Shown one piece after another: positions 56,202-64,000 of a stretch of 64,000 nucleotides of DNA (position 1 is the first letter of the stretch; every line of letters starts with the position of its first letter). Made by a program: the position numbers and the translations under genes. Source of the DNA: Cycas panzhihuaensis (lineage: Eukaryota; Plantae; Cycadophyta); the NCBI GenBank assembly GCA_023213395.1, contig CM041465.1, positions 120,783,741-120,847,740 of the forward strand. Reading direction: 5' to 3'. Below the pieces are notes generated by a model. That model had not been told where the DNA came from and ran no database searches. It saw only the letters and a program-made list of their open reading frames with translations.

Positions 56202-59200
56202 CAGAAAAAAAATAATATTGGGTCAGTGGACTGTGTATATGCAAAAGGTAGAAAATTGATTTAATTAATCAATTAGAGCTTTTAATAATCCTATAAATAG
56301 GTTTAAGAAGGGTATAGGATCTGGGCGCACTTTGTGTTACAGAAGAAATAGAGAAACAATTAATTAAATGAGAGAAAAAATAGAGAACAACTGGCAGGGT
56401 TTATACAAAGACACTGAATAAACTGATCTTTAGAGCGAGATATCTCCCTAATAGAGGGATGAAAGAGCAAGCCATCTTTTCTATTAGGTGAATAATTCAA
56501 TTACGATCAAAATGAGTAGTCATATGGTATAGTTCTAATCGACCAGTGAAAAAAAGGAGCGTGTGACATCATTACAAATAACAATAAAAAAATGTATATA
56601 TGAAAAAATAATTAATATATTATATAGTTTTACAATGTTAACTTTAATATATCATATACACACTAGAAAAATGTAGCCGTGAGATTCACAAGTATAACTT
56701 AAACGAGCTCTGATACCAAATATTGGTGATGAGGATAGAGCAGGTCGATCATATATTAATCCATAGCTGAGAGCATGTAAAAAATCTCCATAGAAGTAAG
56801 GGTGGTGTTAAAAAAATACTAGAGAGGTACTCCCATTAAATATATAATTTGGGGAGGCAAAGGATTGCCTCAACTTGATATTAACAATAAATAATAATAA
56901 AATAAATTAAATAACACATAATACTTACCTTTTTTATGGATGGTGGTTGTATGTTGGCTCTTGGTGGCCCGAGGTAGTCATTTGGGGGCACGAGGTTGGC
57001 GTTGGTGGCTTGCATACCACTTCACAATGGGCATTATCCCAACACTTTAGATTATTGCTTTAGTTTAGGTTATGTTGTTGTTACTTGCAGCAGTAATATA
57101 CAACTTAATATTGCATTGTCTTCTATTGAGGCTAAGTATAAATCTATAATTACAGTAACTTTGAGGTCATCTAGTTAAGACAAGTCCTTAGTGATTTGGG
57201 ACTTCATCAGGATGAGGTGACTATTTTTTATTATAATAATCATAATGCATTGAAGATTGCTAAGAATCCAATGTTTCACACTCATACCAAACACATTGAG
57301 GTATATCATCATTTTATCTATGAGTAGATCCAAAATGGAGAGTTTGAGCTCTTCCACATGCCTACTTTAAAGAAGTTGGCAAATATCTTTACTAAATCCT
57401 TAGTTAAGAACAAATTTAACAAATTCAGGTTTCATATTAGTATCAAAGCTAATAATATAAACATTAGAGAGAGAGTTAGATTAAATATTTATGTTGTTAA
57501 TCTATGGGTCATGATAAGTTAATAATGAGTCATTAGAATATACAATCAATCATAGAGTTATTATTTAATTTGGTGATAAATGTCAAGGTAATTATAGGTC
57601 ATTTATAAACCCTTACTAATCCTGAGTTACATATATTTATATAGTAACATGTACATTATCACTAAGAATTGAATGAAAAGTTTTAAAGGTAGACCAATTA
57701 TTAAAGAACATGAATTCATATATATATATGTCTGTATCCATAGAATCTTTAATAATACATAGCAAGCAAATAAATATATACATAGAATATAGATACAGAG
57801 TGTATAAGATTTACATGGAAAAACCTTTCAAGAAAGTACCCACCATAAAAGATCCTTGGATCACATTAACTATACTTGTTTGAATTGATTAATATACAAG
57901 GGCTCTAGAATATAAATATCCTTCCAAGAGGTGTTACCCTATAAGGGTTGTGACCCTCTAAATATCTTACATCATTTTAATAATCATGATTAGTTAAACC
58001 ACATTAATATTAACTAGTTATTTAACAAACAACTGTCATATTAATATCCCCATTTAATGTGAATGTGGAAAACTTGTAATCTATAGTAGTTGCATTATCA
58101 TGAAGGCTAGGACTATCTTACTACTCCTTTATCTTTATTGCTGCATCGCCCCTCAAGGATAACATCTGTGAGTCCTAGTTTGGTATGCATCTTTGTGAAT
58201 TGATCTTTAGTAGGTGTTTCAATAAACACATATGTAAGTTAATATTCACTCAAATAATAGTTGACCTGCGGCTTCTCTAACTTGATCTATTCACAGATGT
58301 ATTAGTGTTGTATCTTGATGTGCTTCATATAGGCATAAAACTCTTGATTCTTTTATAAATGAATGGTACTCTATTTATTGATGTAAATAATCGAATATCC
58401 ATTTGAAACTCCAAAAACTCTTAAGAGACCTTACAACCATGTAGTTTCCTTCGCACTAGCACTGAGTCATTGATATTTTGCCTCTATAAAAGATAATGCT
58501 ACTATTTGTTACTTTTTTTACCACCACAAAATAAATCCATTACCAACACTAAAGATGTATCTAACAATGGAATTTCGATCATCAAAGCCACCTGCCCAAT
58601 CAACATCAGTATAGCCATATAATATTATCTCTTCACCTCAATGATATTTGAGACCAAGATTAAGTGTCTCCTTTATGTACTTCAAAATTTGCTTTGTAGT
58701 AACCCAATATGGCTCTTGAGGATTCTACATATATCAAGAAACTAATCTAATAATATAGGTAATATATGGTCTTGTATCAATCAAATAGATTAGACTCCTT
58801 ATTAACTGGCGGTACTTCATTTCATCTCCAGAGGGTTTAGCCATATCCTTCTATAATCTTACACTCTTAATATATAGTGTTATAACCAATTTACAATTCC
58901 ATATTCCAAACTTATCCAGTAGGTTTTTCATATACTATATCTACAACAACATAATCTAATCTTCCATCTACCTAATTTGAATGCTTAGGAAGTAATGAAG
59001 TCTCCTAAGGTTTGCCATGTCAACAGTGTTGGGGTTAATATTCATCGCCCTGTTCCTACCATTTACACATGTGAGTGCACACATGTGAAGGTAAGTAAGG
59101 TAAGGTTAAAGATTTCATCCTCTAAAGTCCATCTTCTACAAAACTGTTATAGTAACATTACCAAGTTTTTCATATTTTTTATATCCAGATATATATATAT

Positions 59201-59454
59201 ATATATATATATATCTTATTTCTTTGATATACTTTCTTCAATATATTTGAAAAGTTTTTTGTTTTTATTTGTGGCTCCGTTCAATCAAAAATCATCTCCT
59301 CCATGACATTTAATACTCTTACATTGATCATCCTTTGCTAAGGTCTGGCCCTTTTTTTTTTTGCACAATTTTTATGTATTGAGGTAGTGGGCTTATTTTT
59401 CATTGAGATAATAAAAAATATGTACATCCAGCATCTTATCAGCAGTAAAACTTA

Positions 59455-60244
59455 TGAGAATTACCATATTCTCTCTCAAACCCCTCCGTGCTTAACTATG
59501 TTGTACACGGTTGGTAGAGTGACATTGATCTTGTACTAATCAAGTATTTTCCCTTTCTTGATGACATTGTGATCGACTCACAGGAGAACGATCTTGTCTT
59601 TGAGATATACCTCCTAAAGCAAAGGCAACCTCGGGTTAGCATCAATGGCATCCAATCCATCATTCATATAATACCCAATGTGCAAGCCAGTCTCTGGATT
59701 ATACAACACCATTGCACAGACTCTTCTCAGACCCCTTAACAAAAGCCAGGGCTTCTACTACCCCAAAAGACATAGAGACAAGAGGTGCATTTTCTTCACC
59801 CTAGCTAGATTGTAATTCTCTGGGCCTCCATCCAAGTGTATTCAAAGAATGTGAAAGAAGTCCTCCTACCACCCACACCCCCAAACCAAAATCACTAGAA
59901 AGGAGGCCAAAGCTCCCTCTAATGATAGAAAATGGGAAAGTAATAAGCTTCCATACAATTCCTAGGGAAGCAAGGTTGGGTACTAATTGATCGTCCCTAG
60001 TATTAGATCCTTCTATTCCTTCCCATAAGCTTGAATTGGAATTTCCATCTGAAGTAGAATTCCTCAAGCCTGACTGCAAATTAGAAGATGAAGAATTCAT
60101 TCCATCTGTAATTGTAGAAACAACCAACTCCAAGTCCCAATCATTCGCTTCAAGAATCTGGGTACATACACTCGGATTGTCCAACCCAGTGATGGCTTGA
60201 AAATAGGCCAATTTGTCATCTACATTGCTTGACGAATCCACCAT
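59455..60244 (-). pseudogene. PUX10: 5' fragment of plant UBX-domain protein PUX10 (UBA domain plus hydrophobic hairpin), interrupted by a PGK fragment
   Basis: DKLAYFQAITGL..CTQILEANDWDLEL; VWKLITFPFSIIRGSFGL..GLGVWVVGGLLSHSL. Continues past a TAG as APLVSMS..VEALAFVKG and resumes as FEREYGNSH after the insert. Confidence 0.88.
59486..59724 (-). pseudogene. PGK: Phosphoglycerate kinase N-terminal fragment (non-canonical RVDHNV type)
   Basis: LPLL*EVYLKDKIVLL*VDHNVIKKGKILD*YKINVTLPTVYNIVKHGG parallels the PGK motif DLKGKRVLxRVDxNV...GKIxD..RI...LPT..Y....G. Stops fit C>T changes. Confidence 0.8.
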
Positions 60245-63200
60245 TTCTTTCTTCTATTTTTTGCTTATATTTCAATTATTCTGTTACTTGGTGATTGGGA
60301 ATAAAACTCTGATGCAGAAACTGATGAAAGCCAGCGATATTGCCCTTGAATGTGGTACCTAGATAAATTCCTGAAACTTTTTTAGTGCTGACTGATAAAA
60401 CAATAATTATGAATTGGTAGACCTAGGACTATTAGGAGATCCTACTTCCTGTGAAACTGGAACATAATAGCACAGTGAGTGATAGTCATTCCTCCACTTC
60501 TTTGTATTTCTTAGAGAGGAAGAGGCTGATTGTTCTTCCTTACCCAGGCGCTGCTGCTCTTGGGGCTGTGAGCTTTTTTTTGTAGGGTTTTGATTCTGAC
60601 ATTTAACTGTCGATTGATTTGTCTTAGTGGAATGAGATCTGTTCTCTCCACATTCTTGTTTTCATTATCATCTACTACAGGTGGACACCAGATCTGATTC
60701 AAAACTCCTGTGGATGGATAAATAGCCACTAAGGAATGTGAAGCATCGTCGTCATCTGCTGCCATGCTTTTTTGCTTATTTTCCTTTTATTTTTTAATAT
60801 TCATTTTTATATTTATATATATTAATTCTACATTTTCTGTGGGCAATATAAATCAACCCATTCATGATCATTTTTTTGTATATTTTGATCATTTGTTTAT
60901 ATGTTGTTTTGTCGACTGCATGATCACGGCGGTGGCATTTTGATTCATTTTTCTTTTATAAAGTTTTAAAAACTTAAATTATATTGTATATATTTTGAAA
61001 TCTAGGTTTTAAAAGGCTTAAGCCCCCTTAGACCTTAGCCCCCAGTCCCATCACGTTAATATGAACTTTAGTCCGTTTTGAAAGGGACTTCTTTAAGTTT
61101 ATAAAACTTTTTTTTTTTTTTCTTTTCTTTAAAACATAGGGTACCTAACTAATTTCGTTAATATCTCTTCACCGAAGTATCAGTTTCTGATGAAACCTAT
61201 CCTATTGAGTCTAAAATTTTCTGATATTTGGAGCTAATTTAACCTATTTCTAATCAGTTTAAGTCAATTCTTTTAAAAAATGACCTTTTTTAGCTTATTA
61301 ACATAAAAAATACTTGCTACTATTTTCATTATAACGTTTTTGTTTCACATCATAATTAAGATCCGTCAATTTTGTTGGGAAGCTAACTCATTTCTCTTTG
61401 AACTGACATTATTATTTATAAGTTTTAAAGTGTTCTTGCATACTCTTAAAGCCATCAAAGTTTAGGCACATAATAGCTTCTAATTTGTCATTATTGCATA
61501 TTTTTATATATTATTTCTCAAGTTTTTTAAACTAAAAAGTATATTAAGCAACTCTTTAACTATATTTGATCATTTTACATTGTTCTATAAGATTTTTACT
61601 AGCATTTCATAATATTTTGAGCCCCAGGCTCTCGTTAAACCTAAAAAAGAGGACTACATCTTTTGTACATTAAATCTTGGCTTGCAGGAACCCGTTCTCA
61701 AAACCGTTAGTTATATAGACTAGATATTTCATTGATCATCAAATTGGTATAATTTCACTTTATTTGATATTGTTTAGTACAACTTTAAAGCTACTCAACT
61801 TGAGCATTCAGGATATCCCAATAGGCTTATCTTCTTAACCTTTTTTAAGGAGTTCTTTATTTTATTTCTTATTGTTCACTTATAATACATGTTTGAGGCT
61901 TTCATTTAACTTTTATATAGATTCTTTTAAGCTAATTTCTAGTAGAAATCGATCATATACATCTTAAGCAAATGACAAACCAAGTGGTCCTGCAATTCAA
62001 AATAGGTACAATTCTTTTTTTTTTTTAAGTTTCTTCTATAGTTTTTATCTTTCTAAAGTGAAAATATACATATATATTTCAGATTTTCAACATTATATAT
62101 CTTCATCAAGATAGAAAGCATTTCTTGCATTGAAAAATATCATTCTTTGCTCAAGTTAAGTGCTTATTTGTTTAAAAAATCACAAAGCTTAGAATTTTTT
62201 CTATTATATCAAATCTACATGTTTAAAAGATCTTAGTTATTTTTTAAAATTAGCTCATATAATCATTATACTTCAAAGAGTTTTTTTTTAATTATATATT
62301 ATAAGTTTATTGATTTATTAAGTTTTTTTATTCCTTCTAAAGGCATATATTTTGTTAAGAAGTATAAAAAGTTTACTTGGTAAAAGCATATTCTTTTTTA
62401 TATACTAAAGTTTTCTATGCAAATGGAAATCAATTTAAATAAAATATAATTCCCTATATTTAATGGTCATGATTTTTTAAAAATAACATAAAACAATATA
62501 AACCTACTTTATCACAAATAATCTTTGGAGTTACTTACAAGATGAATATGATTTTAATATTAAAGAAGACATTAAAAAAGACAATGAAGCCTTAGCTATA
62601 CTATTTTACACTATAGATGATAATGTTTTTTCTAAAGTTTGTGAAATGATAGCTTTCAAATCTATATGAGACACCTTAGATTCTATTTATGGGGGAGAAA
62701 CCCTCAATGTAAATGAATTTAACTTTGATATTGTTAAGCATATGAGACAGATGCCAAAGGAGGTTGATTGTGATGGAAAGACTAAAGAAGAAAATTTAAA
62801 TCAAATGCATGATCACCTTATTGTATGTGAAGTTGATCCTCTATTTGAGGGGGACAAACCTTATGATATGATAGTTACTCACAACACAAAGATTTTAGAA
62901 GACAAAGTCAAAGTTCCAGGAGATAAAGTTAGAGTTGCAGCCATTCACCTTTATTCAAATCAAGCTACATTTACTTGGAGATTTTTGAACCACTCAATGG
63001 TAAAGAGACACACATTGCTAAAAGGATGAGGCGAATTGATAATGATCAAGCTAAAACATAAATATTCAAAGTTTTTTTCAAGTTCAAATTTCACAAGTTT
63101 AAAGAGAAGATAAAGATGTTCATGATGACCATTAAGGGGGAGAATGTTGGGGTTAATATTCATCACCCCACTCCCTTCATTTACACATGTGAGTGCATAC

Positions 63201-64000
63201 ATGTGAAGGTAAGTAAGGTAAAGTTAAAGTCACTTTACTTAAGCATTATTTTATTATATTTTAAATTTTAGAGGTTGAGGAGGTATCCCTCCTCCCTCAA
63301 ACTATATATTTACTCGGGTGAGAAACCCTAGTGTCTTTTGACATCACCTTCTTTTAGACATTTATAATACTCTCTTAAAGATGGATTGAATACAAAGGCT
63401 TATGTGTTTATGCTATAATGTTTTAATTACTTGATGTATTGCTCTGCTCTATCTCCATCATTTTATAATCCTTCAAAAAGTAGCTCTCAAACTAGACTTG
63501 ATTCCTATAATAGTCTTGTTACAATTGCCTCTAATGAGTAAATCATCCATGTATAACATAATAACTACTATTGAAGTTCCTCTCTTTCTTACATACAGAT
63601 TTAGGTCTAGATTAGAAACAATGAATCCTTTAGCTTTTAACTTGGCATGGATTTTCTCATACCAAGCACAGGGTGATTGTTTTATACTATAGAGTGATGT
63701 CTTTAACTAGCATACAAGATGCTCCTAGCTTTTCTCAATAAATCCCAAAGACTGCAATAAGTAAATCTCCTCCATTAGATCTTCATTAAGAAATTTAAAC
63801 TTGACATCCGTCAGGTATAACTCCCAACTATAAGTAACTACTAAGGAAATGATCAAACAAATTATTGTTATCTTAGAGATTAGTGAAAATGTCTCCTCAT
63901 AATCAATTCCTTCTTTTTGTTTAATCCCTTGAGTGACAAGCATGGCCTTGTACTTATCCACTTCTCCATCAAAGTAGGACTTAGTCTTGTGGAACTATTT

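Larger units (their letters stand above)
59027..63475 (+). mobile_element. Non-autonomous copia derivative F carrying host gene fragments
   Basis: 3' LTR 63145-63475 (TG...CA) follows PPT TTAAGGGGGAGAA. The 5' LTR matches only for ~85 bp (59027-59111). TSD AACAG/AAAAG. Gag N-terminal remnant at ~62420-62700 (PIFNGHDF, LWSYLQ, EALAILF, I*DTLDSIYG). Confidence 0.85.
57699..64000 (-). mobile_element. Ty1/copia G, 3' part (LTR, RNase H, RT), split by F; continues past window end
   Basis: LTR ~57699-58145, PPT at ~58146-58157. YGYTDVDWAG. RT reads through the F insertion as LRATF|DMANLRRLHYFL; LYMDDLLI; YKAMLVTQG. Confidence 0.85.

Noticed and set aside
59018-59035. GTCAACA-G-TGTTGGGG looked like a 2-LTR circle junction
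   Set aside because: The host RT frame RATFDMANL is restored exactly with TSD AACAG/AAAAG and LTR end at 63475, so it is an ordinary integration.
60511-60765. 84-aa ORF MAADDDD upstream of PUX10
   Set aside because: It has no recognisable domain and overlaps the telo-box and probable splice donor, so it is more likely 5'-UTR/promoter.
59112-61000. Helitron or Pack-MULE as carrier of the PUX10 fragment
   Set aside because: No TC...hairpin-CTRR ends, TIRs or separate TSD could be seen. The T11 run at 59352-59362 is too weak to call a poly(A) tail.

Overview
AT-rich plant nuclear DNA, most likely from a non-flowering plant (a gymnosperm-like origin is inferred from element style and a non-canonical PGK, and is not proven). 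The window is almost entirely nested, decayed retrotransposons, with no intact host gene. From left to right: (A) the 5' part of a relatively young minus-strand Ty1/copia (1-4314); about 5 kb of unassigned DNA with exon-like islands; (J) a complete 10.4-kb non-chromoviral Ty3/gypsy (9571-19961, TSD AGGAG); and an old minus-strand chromovirus (C) split by two copia elements (B, D) that carry further insertions. B contains copia H (5' half internally inverted) and RT-less gypsy I (with an L1 LINE in its LTR). D contains copia E (2.65-kb (TA)n tract in its leader) and copia G, which is interrupted by non-autonomous copia derivative F. Two results stand out. (1) Element J has a tRNA-Glu-type PBS, two extra capsid-like domains between protease and RT, about 40 tandem GGTTGCAACC palindromes with variable spacers (the motif recurs in its LTRs), and a ~570-codon accessory ORF directly after the array. 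Together these suggest a possible element-encoded protein/binding-array system. (2) F carries an antisense host PUX10 5' fragment, into which a ~250-bp fragment of a non-canonical (RVDHNV-type) phosphoglycerate kinase is inserted between 12-bp direct repeats. All translations and alignments were done by eye, so internal domain boundaries are approximate.
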